Assembly: GCA_963700285.1 (NCBI GenBank) | Contig: CAVOXA010000006.1 | Location: 32,001 to 96,000, forward strand | Length of the DNA: 64,000 nucleotides | Source: an uncultured Chloroflexia bacterium | GTDB taxonomy: Bacteria > Chloroflexota > Anaerolineae > JAAYZQ01 | Direction: 5' to 3' | Shown here: positions 11,758-23,692 of the stretch, in pieces | How the letters are laid out: each line of letters begins with the position of its first letter | How positions within the stretch are numbered: position 1 is the stretch's first letter | Notes under the pieces: model-generated | What the model was told of the DNA's origin: nothing | The model's input: the letters and a program-made list of their open reading frames with translations, nothing else | Databases searched by the model: none | Position numbers and translations under genes: made by a program

Positions 11758-12823
11758 TGGTTTGGCCGCCGCGGTTGGAACCCAGGTACCGTCATTTGAG
11801 TCTGAAACCTTCCTGGCGCGGGTCTTTGACGAACCCTGGAAGGACCTGGAGCTGAAACAGCGCACGCGCCACATCACCACCGTGCTCCACGACCTCCTGG
11901 CCCTGGACTATCGTCCGGCCCTGGACGTCTTGCGTGGGGCGCTGCCCCACGTCACCGAAGATTGGTTCATCCTGATGGTCTTTCCAGATTATGTCGAGGT
12001 CTACGGCCTGGACGATTGGGAGGCGTCCATGCCCGCCCTGGAGGCCTTTACCCAGCGCATGTCCGCCGAGTTTGCCGTTCGCCCCTTTATCGCCCGCTAC
12101 CCCGAACGGACCATGGCCCAGATGCTGGCCTGGGCACGGCACGAGAACGCCGACGTGCGCCGCCTGGCCAGCGAGGGCAGCCGCCCGCGCCTGCCATGGG
12201 GCATCGGCCTGCCCGCCCTGCAGGCCGATCCATCGCCCATCCTGCCCATCCTGGAGCTGCTCAAGGACGACGAGTCCGAGTCGGTACGCCGCAGCGTGGC
12301 CAACAATCTCAACGACATCGCCAAGGACAACCCCGGTGTCGTCCTCGATACGCTGCGCCGCTGGCAGGATTGCTCCGGCGACCAACCCGAGATCGACTGG
12401 CTCACCAGCTACGCCCTGCGCACCCTGGTCAAGCAAGGGGATCCCCAGGCGCTGGAGCTGTTGGGCTACTCCAGCGAACCGGCCATCGCCGTGCGCAACC
12501 TCGCCGCCCAGCCAGAGGCGGTCTCTATCGGCGGCAAGCTCACCTTCTCCTTCGACATCGAGTCGTTGAGCGACCGGCCGCAGAACCTTGTGATCGATTA
12601 CGTCGTTTATCATATGCGCGCCAACGGGAGCCTGACGCCAAAGGTCTTTAAGCTGAGCAAGAGAACGCTGCGGCCTGGTGAAGTTGTGCGCATCGAAAAG
12701 CGGCACAGCTTTGCCCCGGTGACGACGCGCCGGTACTACCCTGGCCGGCACGCCATCGAGCCCAAGATCAACGGCCGGGTATTTGAGCGCGTCGACTTTT
12801 TTCTGGAGGTTCAAGCAACTTGA
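11720..12823 (+). CDS. DNA alkylation repair protein (HEAT-repeat glycosylase, AlkC-like)
   Basis: SAEFAVRPFI, VRRLASEGSRPRLPW, VRRSVANNLNDIAKD, C-terminal beta domain KVFKL...TTRRYYPGRH. Confidence 0.88.
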   Translation: MKLKDLFNEESVAGLAAAVGTQVPSFESETFLARVFDEPWKDLELKQRTRHITTVLHDLLALDYRPALDVLRGALPHVTEDWFILMVFPDYVEVYGLDDWEASMPALEAFTQRMSAEFAVRPFIARYPERTMAQMLAWARHENADVRRLASEGSRPRLPWGIGLPALQADPSPILPILELLKDDESESVRRSVANNLNDIAKDNPGVVLDTLRRWQDCSGDQPEIDWLTSYALRTLVKQGDPQALELLGYSSEPAIAVRNLAAQPEAVSIGGKLTFSFDIESLSDRPQNLVIDYVVYHMRANGSLTPKVFKLSKRTLRPGEVVRIEKRHSFAPVTTRRYYPGRHAIEPKINGRVFERVDFFLEVQAT

Positions 12824-12947
12824 GAGGCATCTGTACCATCACGGGGGCTGCTGCCAAGATAGGGAGCCAACGTCGCCCCAGTCATTTGCCGCGGCCCTGA
12901 TTTGTGCTTTCGAACGAATCCAAGCCTGAATCAAAGGAGGGGTCAAC

Positions 12948-13463
12948 ATGAATACCGTAGAACTGTTGCAGCACGCGCTCAAGAACGCCCTTGACATCCT
13001 GGATGGGGTCACGGCCGACCTGACCCAGGAACAGGCCGACTGGCAGCCCCCAGGCACAGCGCTGTCCATCGGCACGCTCTACTGGCACACGATGTCCGGC
13101 GCCGACCACGTCGTGCATGGTTGGGGGCTGGGCCAGCCGCCCATCGTCCAGACCGGGGGCTGGGAGGAGAAGGTAGTCGTCTGGCAAGAGCCTGCTCAGG
13201 AAGGCGACCACGCGGCCTCGGTACACCCTGTCCGCGTTGACCTGGCGGCCATGCACGACTATGCCCGGGCTGTATCGGATGCGGCCCAGGCCTGGCTGGG
13301 CACCCTGGCGCCAGAGGACCTGGAACGCGTTGTCGAGACGCCCTTGGGAGAGCTCCAGCTTGGGCCCATGCTAGAGATCTTTGTCGTGTGGCACATCAGC
13401 GCCCATACGGGTGAGATCTCGGCCCTGAAGGGCTGCCAGGGGGCCCGGGGCTACCCCTTCTAG
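12948..13463 (+). CDS. DinB family protein
   Basis: DLTQEQADWQPPG..SIG..YWH...WHISAHTGEISALKG; RBS AAAGGAGG. Confidence 0.85.
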   Translation: MNTVELLQHALKNALDILDGVTADLTQEQADWQPPGTALSIGTLYWHTMSGADHVVHGWGLGQPPIVQTGGWEEKVVVWQEPAQEGDHAASVHPVRVDLAAMHDYARAVSDAAQAWLGTLAPEDLERVVETPLGELQLGPMLEIFVVWHISAHTGEISALKGCQGARGYPF

Positions 13464-13533
13464 GCAGATAGCTGCCCCTAGCAGTAGGCCCAGGACTGTT
13501 GCATCGCCCCTTGACATGCACTGCCGGCCAGAT

Positions 13534-13573
13534 CTGTCATTGCGAGGCGCGCTGTTTGCGCCGTGGCAATCTC
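13534..13573. repeat. REP-like element family A, half copy
   Basis: CTGTCATTGCGAGGCGCGCTGTTTGCGCCGTGGCAATCTCC. Confidence 0.7.
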
Positions 13574-13598
13574 CAGGGTACAGGCAGGGAGGGAACTC

Positions 13599-14698
13599 GT
13601 GACAAGATCGCCAACTGAGATCAGGTCCAAACACCTGGATGATCTGCTCGTCGCCTCCATCCGGTTCCGTGGCACCTATGAGCAGGTTCCTGGCTACCTC
13701 GAAAGGCTGGTCCAGCAGACCGGTCCAGCCATAGACGGCCCGCCCATCCTGCTTCACCACTACTTTGATGAGGGGGTGGGAGAAGGACGACGATCTCGAG
13801 ATCTGCTGTCCGGTGCGCGAGGCCATGGAGGCTGGGGATGTCAGCAGCCGGACGCTACCGGGCGGCCGGGTGCTGAGCGTCGTTTGCGCCGGACCGCGTG
13901 GGCAGCGCGACACCGTAGGAGGTCGACGCCGCCTGGCAGGAGCTCTTTGTCTACCTCCGGCAGTATGGGGCCATCCTTGACCCGAGTCCGAGGCGAGAGG
14001 TATACCTCGAGGATCGGCAGCAGTCCGGTTCGGGCGCGGCGGACCAGGTCACCGAGCTGCAATTTCCCCTGGCCTTCTTTCGCCTGGAGATGCTCGGCGA
14101 AGGTCTGAAACACCACGGTGGCAAAGCGGTTCGGCGGCAGGTCATGCAAGGTGGCCAAGAATACGCTGCCCGCAGCGTCCAAGAGAATGCAGAGTGGTTC
14201 CGCGCGGCGATGGAGCGGCTGGACGCGGCCATCGACGACGAAGGGGCGCGCCGGGAGATCATGAACAACTGCGCTGACCGTTTCCCACCGCACCGCATCC
14301 AGACCCTGCGGGCCGAATACCAGAAGTCGGGCGATATCGACGAGCTTCTCCAGATCATGCGCGCCGACCGCACCCTGGGGGATCTGTCCTGGTACGAACA
14401 GCCAGTTCGCCGCGGGAACGTCGTATATGTCACCAAAGACCCGGTCCACCCCAAAGCCTACGCAAAGGCCACGGATAAACTCGAAAAGCGTTCGTGGTAC
14501 TGCCACTGCAGCCTGATGAGGGACCTGATACGGAGTGGTGAGACCGTGTCAGGCACCTATTGCCACTGCGGCGCAGGCTGGTACCACCAGCTTTGGGAGG
14601 GCATCCTGGGTGAACCGGTCAGGATCGACATAGTGGAATCGGTGCTCCAGGGAGATGACCTCTGCGCTTTCGCCATCCATCTCCCAGGACCAGCATGA
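13599..14698 (+). CDS. GyrI-like ligand-binding domain fused to a Cys-rich DUF6144-like domain; frameshifts near 13780-13920
   Basis: VASIRFRGTYEQV...DLEICCPV...REVYLE..VTELQFP then YCHCSL...TYCHCGAGWYHQLWEGILGEPVRIDIVESVLQGDDLCAFAI. Confidence 0.7.
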
Positions 14699-14715
14699 AC
14701 AGAATGGAGAACAGA

Positions 14716-15174
14716 ATGGAACCCAAGATTGTCAGCAAAGAAGCGTTTACCGTCGTCGGCATCAGCATTCGCGCCCACATCGAAAAGCACGACATCCCCC
14801 AGCTCTGGGCCACCCTGGGCTCGCGGGTGTGCGAGATCCGGCACCTGGCCGAACCAGGCGCGGCCTATGGCCTGACCACCAGCTTTGCTCCGGAGACGGG
14901 CGAGTTCGACTATGTGGCCGGCTTTGGAGTCGAGCGCGCGGAGGACGTTCCCGAAGGCATGGTTGGCTGGGAGGTACCCGCGGCTACCTATGCCGCCTTT
15001 ACCTGCACGCTGCCAACCATGCCCCAGGCCTACGACTATGCCTACAACACCTGGCTGCCCGCCTCCGGCTACCAGCGCGCGCCCGGCTTCGAGTTCGAGT
15101 GCTATGACGAGGAGTTTGACAACCAGGACCCGAGTGCGGAGTTTGAGTTCTTTATCCCTATCGAGCGTCCATAG
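14716..15174 (+). CDS. GyrI-like small-molecule-binding protein
   Basis: MEPKIVSKEAFTVVG...IPQLW...FDYVAG...VPEGM...WLPASGY..FECYDE. Confidence 0.88.
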   Translation: MEPKIVSKEAFTVVGISIRAHIEKHDIPQLWATLGSRVCEIRHLAEPGAAYGLTTSFAPETGEFDYVAGFGVERAEDVPEGMVGWEVPAATYAAFTCTLPTMPQAYDYAYNTWLPASGYQRAPGFEFECYDEEFDNQDPSAEFEFFIPIERP

Positions 15175-15194
15175 GCAGACACAGAAGGTCCACC

Positions 15195-15350
15195 TGTCAC
15201 TGCGAGCGTCAGCGAAGCACCGCCATGCCCGCCACGAGTCCTCGCGGTGGCAGTCTTCCTCTGAGCCGGCAGAGATCGCTTTCCCTCGAAAGACTCGGGA
15301 CAGGCTGTCGCTGACACCCCTCGCAGAGACAGGATCGGTGTCATCAGTAG
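15195..15350. repeat. Composite REP-like element family A with nested hairpins
   Basis: TGTCACTGCGAG...CTCGCAGAGACAGGATCGGTGTCATCAGTAG; the end matches 7446-7475 in inverted orientation. Confidence 0.7.
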
Positions 15351-15429
15351 GGGCGTCACTCACAGCCTGCCCTGTGTGGTACACTGTATTTGCTGGAACA
15401 CCTTGTACCGAATCTGCGAGTCAGTCCAA

Positions 15430-15762
15430 ATGAAGCATGCCACGAAGCGGTCGTTTGCACAACTTCAATCTTTGCACATCCTGGTGGTCCTCAGCCTACT
15501 GGTCCTTGCCTTGTTTGGTCGGATGCCCGACAGTCAGGCGGGTTGGCTGACCAGCCCCCCGCAGCAGCCAAGCGTGTCCACCGTGGCAGTCTGCCGGAAA
15601 AGACATCGGCCTGCCCTTTCCCTCCAGAGCCGGTTGCGCAGCTTGTGGCAATACCTGACCCACAGTTGGGTACAGCCCGTCCCCCGCAGCCGGCTCTTGG
15701 CCATGCTGTGGTGCCTGAGCGGATGCCGGGGACCGGTGGTGATCATCAGCCCAATCAACTAG
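15430..15762 (+). pseudogene. Truncated ORF with hydrophobic N-terminus, possible mobile-element relic
   Basis: MKHATKRSFAQLQSLHILVVLSLLVLALFG..., ends abruptly at CAACTAG; preceded by TGTGGTACACT -10-like element. Confidence 0.35.
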
Positions 15763-15774
15763 GAGGGATAGCCC

Positions 15775-17401
15775 ATGACCGCCCTTCAAGAAGCTTTCAC
15801 GCGGCTCGATCTCTTTGTCCAGCGGCGAATGCAGGCCGACCGCTCCCCCGGCCTGGCACTGGCTGCCACGGACCGCGAGGGTCTGCTCCACCTCGCTACC
15901 TATGGCTTTGCCGACGTCGCTGCCCAGACGCCGGTCACGCCGGACACTCTGTTTGAGATCGGCTCCATCAGCAAGTCGTTCACGGCCATCGCCATGCTGC
16001 AAATGGTCGAGGCTGGGCAACTCGATCTGCACGCGGCGGTGGCGCAGTACCTGCCCTGGTTCTACGTTCCGTCCGATTACCGAACCGATCACGCTCCACC
16101 ACCTGTTGTGCCACTCAGCCGGCATCATCAGGGGGACTGACTTTAGCACCGACGCGCGTTACGAAGTCTGGTCGCTGCGCGAGAGCAGAGCTTCAAGCCC
16201 GCCCGGGACCCACTACCACTACTCCAACGTGGGGTACAAGGCACTGGGATTGGTACTGGAGGAGGTCTCTGGCCGCGACTGTCAGGCTATGATCCAGGAG
16301 CGGATCCTTGACCCACTGGGAATGGCGGCGACGGAACCCGTCATCACGCACGATACGCGCAAGCGCTTGGCCGTGGGCTACGCGCGTCTCTACGACGACC
16401 GGCCCGCACACTCTAGCCATCCTCTGGTTCCCGCTACCTGGTTGGAGACCGCCACCGCGGACGGCAGCATCGCCGCCACGGCTGCCGACCTGGCAGCCTA
16501 CCTTCGCATGCTGATCAATCGAGGCCAGGGACCGCGAGGGCGCATCCTCTCCCCAGAGAGCTTTGAGCTGATGACCCGGCCTGCCATCGAGATGCCAGAG
16601 GAGGAGGTGGCTTTTGGCGCCTACTATGGCTATGGCCTCGACGTTGGGGAACGGGAAGGCCATACACTCATCGGCCACGGGGGCGGGATGGTGGGCTACT
16701 GTGCCTACATCTTGGCTGACCTGGATGACGGGCTGGGCGTCGTGGTACTGATTAACGGGCCGGGGGAGCCCGGCGAGATCGCAGGTTTTGCCCTGAAGCA
16801 GATGCGCGCGGCGTACCGCGACGGGCCCCTACCTCCGCTGCCGGATGCCCCGGAGCCAACAGGAATCGAGCTTGCCGCCGAGTATGCAGGCACCTACAGG
16901 TCGCAGAGCGCGACATTCACCCTGGCGGCCCAGGACGGGCAGTTGGTGATGCAAGCCGGCGACGCGCAGCTCGTCCTGGAGCGGCGGCGCGTCGACTGCT
17001 TTTACGTACCCCATGCCGACTGGTCACTTTTTCTGCTGCACTTTGGACGGGAAGAGGGCCAGGTGGTGGAAGCCTTTCACGGACCTGACTGGTACGCAGG
17101 TGAAGGGTATGCCGGCCCGAGGACCTTCGATTCGCCTCCGGCGTGGAGCGCCTACCCAGGCCACTACCGCAGCCACAATCCCTGGTACGGCAACTTTCGT
17201 GTCGTGGTGCGCAAGGGCAAGCTGTGGTTCATCCACCCCTCCGGGGAGGAAGAGCTGCTGGTGCCGCTGGGCGACGGCCTGTTTCGCGTCGGCGCCGACG
17301 AGCGCTCGCCCGAACGGCTGCGCTTCGACACGGTGCTGGATGGCCGTGCACTCCGAGCCAACCTATCGGGCTGCGACTACTACCGGACCTTTACGCCATA
17401 G
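15775..17401 (+). CDS. Serine hydrolase, beta-lactamase/AmpC-like fold; frameshift near 16080
   Basis: FEIGSISKSFT (SxxK), YHYSNVGY (YxN), GHGGG; RBS AGGAGG. Confidence 0.88.
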
Positions 17402-19270
17402 CTCTGGCTGCAGTGCGCCGGCCCCATGTTCCGGCGGCAAAGGCAGCCTCAAAGAACTCGGCCAGGCGCGGGTACAGGATCCGGTGGTTCTTGGGCTTGT
17501 GAATGCCGTGGCCTTCGTCCTCAAAGGCCAGTAGCTCGTACTCGATGCCTGCCTGCATCCAGCGCTTCCCGCACCACGCGGACGTTTTCCGGCGTGACGT
17601 TGGGATCCTGCATGCCCTGGACGATCAGCAGCCGCCCCTTGATCTCCTCCACAGAGTAGAGTGGCGAGCGCTCCTCGGTAACGTTCCGGCACTTCTTCCG
17701 GCGAGCCGCCCATCATCTCTTCGCTGTAGGGTCGCAGGTCGGGGCGCGTCGTCTCCCAATCCACCACCAGGTCGGTCATGCCGCAGATGGGCGCCGAGGC
17801 AGCGACGATCTCGGGCGGAAAGTGGGTGATGGCCCACCACGAGGAGTAGCCGCCGTAGGAGGTGCCTGTGATGCCGACCTTGCCCGGCTCGGCGATCCCG
17901 GCGGCGATCAGCGCTTCGATCCCGGTGCGAATGTCCTCCTGCTCGCGACCGCCCCAGCCTTCCTCCTTGATGGCCTCGCGGTAGCTCAGGCCAAAGCCGG
18001 TGCTGCCCCGATAGTTGGGCTCCAGCACGTGAAAACCGCGAGAGGCCAGGTACTGGATCTGGGCGATCGATCCAGTCCTCGCTGTGCCAGGTGGGCCCGC
18101 CATGGACGTGGACGATGGTCCCCTTGACCTCTCCCCGCGCCCGGTAGAGCCAGCCCTGGATCTCCAGGCCGTCCACCGAACGCCAGTAGAAATCCTCCGC
18201 GGGGATCAGATCTTCTGTGCCAGAGCGCGTGCGCTCCCAGACGCGGGTCAGGCTGGCAAAGGCTTCGGGATGGGGATCTGCCAGGGAGAAGCGGACCAGG
18301 TCGGCGGGCTGCTGCGAGCTGTAGTACCTGCCGATCCACTCGCCATCTCCAGCGGGCGCAAGGGGGATGAGGCTGCCCGGGATGAGAGGCAGGGGCATCT
18401 CCTGACGCCGGTAGCCACATCCAGAAGGGAGGCGCGCGTCTGTGCTTCTTTGTATTCGATGATAACCGCATCGTTGCTGCCGTGCGGAACAAAGGCAGCC
18501 CCGATGTTGCGGTCCGGATCATCTATCAACCAGCGCAGGGTGTCGCTATTCATCTCCCAGACGCCCACTCGGCGGTGCGTCTCGGTTTCGGCCAGGACCA
18601 GCGCCCGTTGGCCATCGGGGAACCAGGAGGCGTGGACCTTTCTTGTCGGTCCCGGCGTGCACGATCTCGCGATCCTCCCGGCCCTCGATATCGACCAGCC
18701 AGACCTGGCGCCCGGCCGGATGCAGGTCGTTGCGCTCGTAGAGGATGTGAGTACCCAGCTCGTTCAGCCAGGGCTCGTAGTAGCAGCCTCGCTGCGGCCG
18801 GGCCAGAGGGACCCGCTCGCCGGTCTCCAGGTCGTGGCGGTAGAGCCAGGTCGGCTCGATCTCCCGGCCAGCTGCATCGTCCCAAGTTGGCGCCATAGAT
18901 CAGCCAGCGACCGTTGGGGTGCAGTTGCCCTCCCCGCAGGAAATAGCCGGGCGATGGCTCGGTCAGGGGATGCAGGACACCCGGCTGGTCCAGGTCCACG
19001 CGGAAGAGCTGGGCGCGTTCGTCGCCGTCCCGGTCCTGGGAGACCAGCACGACTGCGGCTGTCCGGCGTCCAGGAGACGAGGATGGTATCGTGGGCCGTC
19101 TCTGTCAGGCGAACCGGCGGCCCGGAGCCGTCGGTGGGTGCGGCGTAGACGTCGGCCGCGGGGCCTGTCCGGTACCAGGTCCAGGCCGCCCACGTGCCAT
19201 CTCGCGAGACCAAGGCGAATTCGAGCTCGGGCAGCTCGAGCAATGCTTCCAGCGATCGTTCTGAATTCAT
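17391..19270 (-). CDS. S9 family (prolyl oligopeptidase/acylaminoacyl) peptidase, several frameshifts
   Basis: VHGGPT, PNYRGSTGFG, GTSYGG, QGMQDPNV, EDEGHG motifs across fragmented ORFs; beta-propeller N-terminus. Confidence 0.88.
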
Positions 19271-19337
19271 GGTTTCTCCTCTCTGGCCATTGAGAGTTTG
19301 CTCGGATAATTCGCCCTTCCAATCGCGCGGGGGGCGC

Positions 19338-20450
19338 TCAAACCAGGATACAGGCTACCTCGTGGCCAGCAACGACCGGACGCAGTTGCGGGTCGGTCTC
19401 CTGGCACTCGGGAACGGCGTCGGGGCAGCGAGGGTGGAAGCGGCAGCCAGGAGGTATGTCGATGGGGTTGGGGATCTCGCCCTGCAGGATCGTCCGCTTG
19501 CGCCGGCGGCGGGGGTTGGGCACCGGCACCACCGAGATGAGCGCCCGGGTGTAGGGGTGGCGCGGCTCGCGCGAGCACCTGCCGTCGTGGGGCCCAACTC
19601 GACGATGCGGCCCAGGTACATGACGGCCATGCGGTCGGTAAAGTAACCGGCGGTGGCCAGGTCGTGGGTGGTGTACAGGATGGTGATGTCGCGCTCGTCG
19701 CGCAGGGCGTGCAGCAGGCTGAGGATCTCGGCCCGGATGGAGACGTCCAGCATCGAGACCGGCTCGTCGGCCACCAGCAGATCGGGTTCCAGGACCAGCG
19801 CCCCGGCGATCACGACTCGCTGGCGCTGCCCGCCGGAGAGTTCGGCAGGGTAGCGGCCCCAGAAGTGGTCGGCGGGAGCCAGACCGCAGGTCTCCAGGGC
19901 GGCCCGAACCCGCGTGCTCTCTGTTCTTCGCCGCGGAGGAGCCAGGCGTGGATCTTGCAGCGGCTCGGCCACGATGTCGAAGATCGTCTGGCGGGGATTG
20001 AGGGATTCGTAGGGGTCCTGGAAGATCATCTGCGCCCGCTCGCGCAAGAGCATGATGCGCCGGCGTCGGCTCATGCCGGCCAGACCCTGGCCTCGATCAG
20101 CGCTCTGCCCCTCGGTCGCCCCCTCTGGCTGGCTGGTCAGCGAGTGGCCCTGCCGGCTCCAGCGGCCCACTCGGCGGCCACGTCGTAGCCCCTCAAACAG
20201 AATCGTGCCCCTGCGTGGGTGTCTGCAGGCCCAGGACGTTCATGCCCACGGTCGTCTTGCCCGAACCGGACTCGCCCACCAGGGCCAGGATCTCGCCCCT
20301 GGCCACGGCAAAGCTGACGCCATCCACGGCGCGGACGTAAGCGGCGCGGCTTGCGGGTCAGCACCGCCCAGCAGCTCCGGGATAGCGGGAAAGTACTTGT
20401 GCAGATCCTGGACCTGGAGGATGGGTTGCGCGTCTGCGGCTGATCCACTG
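19338..20450 (-). CDS. Oligopeptide/dipeptide ABC transporter ATP-binding subunit (DppF/OppF-like), frameshifted
   Basis: [42 protein letters not shown]; 5' boundary approximate. Confidence 0.85.
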
Positions 20451-20469
20451 CATCGGGCACGGCTCGCAG

Positions 20470-21468
20470 CCTGACAACCTGTGCACAGCGCTTGCCGGCG
20501 ATGTGACCGGGCGGCGCATGCCTGCGCATCGACCAGGTAGCGGCGGCCTGTGGCGGCATCGCAGAGTCGCCTGCGCAATCTCTCGCAGTGGCAGCGCGGC
20601 TCAAAGCGGCACCCAGGCGGCAGGTCATCCAGGCGCGGTGGGTTGCCCGGGATGGAGGCCAGCGTCGAGCCAGGCTCCTCCACGTCGGGAAATGCCTCCA
20701 GCAGGCGCTGTGTGTAGGGGTGCTGCGGATTGTTAAAGATCACGTCGCTGCTGGCGTACTCGGCCACCATGCCCGCCGTACATCACCAGCACGTCGTCGC
20801 AGATCTCGGCCACCATGCCCCAGGTCGTGGGTGACGACGACGAGCGACAGGTTCAGCTCGCGCTGCAAGGCGCTCCAGCAGTTCCAGGATCTGGGCCTGG
20901 ATCATCACGTCCAGGGCGGTGGTCGGCTCGTCGGCGATGAGGACGCTGGGGGCGCAGGCCAGGGCCATGGCGATCACGGCCCGCTGGCGCATGCCGCCGC
21001 TGTACTGGTGGGGGTACTGCTTGCCTCGCGTCGGCCGGAATGCCCACCAGCTCCAGCAGTTCGCCGGCCCGCTGGCGCGCGCGGCGGCCGTATCGCAGCT
21101 GATGCGTGGATCTGCAGCGCCTCGACGATCTGGCTCTCGATGGTGCGCACCGGGTTGAGGGCGTTCATCGCCCCCTGGAAGACCATGGACATACTCGGCC
21201 AGCGCACCTGGCGCATCTCGGCCTCGCTGAGCTGCAGCAGGTCCTGCCCGTCGAAGAAGCACCTGCGCCACCGACGATGCGGCCTTCCTCCGGCAGGAGA
21301 CGCAGGAGGCTCATCATGACCGTGGTCTTGCCGCAGCCGCTTTCGCCCACGATGCCCAGGGAGCGCCCCTGCTCCAGGGCGAAAGCTCACCCCCTCGACG
21401 GCATGCAGCGCGGTGCCATCCTCCGTCAGGTAGTCGACGGACAGGTCTCCGACATCCAGAAGGTTCAT
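20470..21468 (-). CDS. Oligopeptide/dipeptide ABC transporter ATP-binding subunit (DppD/OppD-like), frameshifted
   Basis: [49 protein letters not shown]; 3' boundary approximate. Confidence 0.85.
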
Positions 21469-21559
21469 GCTCGGATCACCGGACCCCTGTTCCCCGGCCG
21501 CTGTCTGGGCCTTGGGCAGGACAGCTCCCCCGGCCACCAGCGCCACCATGCGCCGCGGA

Positions 21560-22414
21560 TCAAAGAGGTGATGGCGTGCGCAGGCGGGGATTGACGATCT
21601 GGTCCAGCGTGTTGCCGATGAGGATCAGGGACAGGCTGACCCAGACGATGGCAAAGCCCGGCGGCAGGATAAACCACCAGGCCTGGCGGCTGATCGCCCG
21701 CTCGAAGGCAAAGTTGAGCATCGAGCCCCAACTGATCAGCGTCGGGTCGCCCAGGCCCAGAAAGGCCAGCGACGACTCGGCCAGGATGGCGACCGAGATA
21801 TCCAGCACCGCCTGGGCAATGATGAGGGGCAGCACCATGGGCAGGATGTGGCGCAGGATGATGCCGCGGAGTCACTGGCGCCCAAAGAGCGGGCCGCGCA
21901 GCACAAACTGGCGCTCCTTGACCGAAAGCACCTGCGAGCGCACCAGGCGGGCCGTGTAGGTCCAGCCCAGCAGGCCGATGACCAGGATGATGTTGAGCAG
22001 GCCACGTCCCATCACGGCGATGATGACCAGCATCAGCGGCAGGTCGGGGATGACCATCAAGAAATCGACAAAGCGCATCAAGGTGTTGCCGATGCGCCCG
22101 CCGTGGTAGCCGGCCATCAGGCCGACCGTGGTGCCGATGATCATCGACATGAATGAGGCCGTGAAGCCGACGACCAGCGACACCCGCGCGCCATAGATGA
22201 GCAGGCTCAGCACGTCCTTGCCGGCGTCGTCGCGGCCCAGCCAGTGCTGGGCATCAGGCGGGGCCAGGATGTCCTCCGGTGTCGACCTGCACCCGCTCCC
22301 GGGGTTGTAGGGAGCCAGCCATGGGGCAAAGACGGCCACCAGCACCACGAGCAGGAGCATGGCGGCGCCAATGACTCCCATCGGATTGCTGATGTACTGT
22401 CTGACGAATTTCAT
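21560..22414 (-). CDS. Peptide ABC transporter permease (DppC-like), frameshifted
   Basis: HWLGRDDAGKDV..LIYGARVSL, ARLVRSQVLSVKER, ESSLAFLGLG..SWGSML. Confidence 0.87.
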
Positions 22415-22452
22415 AGGATCTCGCTTCCAACTAGCGATTCTGGGCGTGGGCG

Positions 22453-23473
22453 CTAATCCGGCTTCACGCGCGGGTCCAGCACCGAGTACAGGATGTCGGC
22501 CAGCAGGTTGGCCACGATGACGCTGACGGCCAGCAGCAGAAAGCTGCCCTGAAGTACGGGATAGTCGCGCTTTTCTGTACCGCCTCGTACATCAAGCGGC
22601 CGATGCCCGGCCAGGAAAAGACCGTCTCCACCTGGATCGCCCCGCCCACGGTGTAGCCAAAGGTGAGGGCGATCATGGTCACCATGGGCAGCATGGCGTT
22701 CTTGAGGGCGTGGTCGCGCAAGGTGCGGTAGCGTGCTCAACCCCTTGGCCTTGGCCGTCAGGATATAGTCCTCGGACAAGCACCTCCATCACGCCGCTGC
22801 GCATGATCAGGATGTACTCGCCGGTAAAGACGATGGCCATGGTGATGGTCGGCAGGATCAGGTGTTTGCCCACGTCCAGCCAGTATGTCAGCCCGTCCTC
22901 CGGCTTCAGGCCCGGTGTGACCATGCCGCCCACCGGCAGGTAGCCCCGGGCCAGGATCAAGCAGGATGATGCCCAGGAAAAAGGTGGGCAAGGCCCAACT
23001 GAACAGCGCCCACAGCAGGATGCTCGCGTCCAGGCGCGTGCCCCGGCGCCAGGCAGCGATCAGGCCCAGGGCCATCCCCAGCGACAATGGCGATCATGTC
23101 GCCGCCCATCACCAGCACCACTGTGCGCCACACCCGCTCTTTCAGTATCTCGGCCACGTCCCGACGGCTGGCGAAGGAGATGCCCAGGTCGCCGCGCAGC
23201 AGGTTGCGCAGGTAGGCGGTGAACTGGGTATCAAATGCGCCCAGGAGATCCCCCTCCCGCAGGCGCTCCGCATCGAACCAGACCGGCTTGTCGAGGCCAA
23301 AACTGGCCCGGATCCGGTCCTGAGCCTCGCGTGTCATGCGCGGGCTGTGGATGATCAGCTTGACCGGGTCGCCGGGCAGGATGCGGAACAGGAGAAAGTT
23401 GAAGACCACGACGCCGGCGAGGGTGAACAGCGCAAAGCCACAGCTTGCGGAGGATGAAATTACTTCGTTCCAT
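22453..23473 (-). CDS. Peptide ABC transporter permease (DppB-like), frameshifted
   Basis: LPGDP, GDLGISF, HLILP, EDYILTAKAKGL, ETVFSWPGIG, RDYPVLQG, LDPRV. Confidence 0.87.
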
Positions 23474-23692
23474 GATACCTCAGTCCTTGCCGGGCAGACT
23501 GCCCGCCAACGAGCGGACCTGTCCTGCCCGCAGGCCGTTGTGGGTCCAGGTGATCCGGCAAGTATTGAGAGTAAGGCCAGCCAGGCCCTGCCACACCGGG
23601 TAGACCCCGCGGTGTCAAGTTCCCTGGGAGGGGGATTGAAGCCGGATGGCCCTTCCCCCTCCCCGAGTCCTGTCCCACAGGCGGGGCAGATG

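Noticed and set aside
15775-17401. Bona fide beta-lactam resistance gene
   Set aside because: It has no signal peptide and carries extra C-terminal domains; the motifs only support the broad serine hydrolase family.
23475-23690. Riboswitch or ncRNA in the intergenic gap of the ABC operon
   Set aside because: GC-rich hairpins are possible, but I recognised no family motif; a covariance-model search would be needed.
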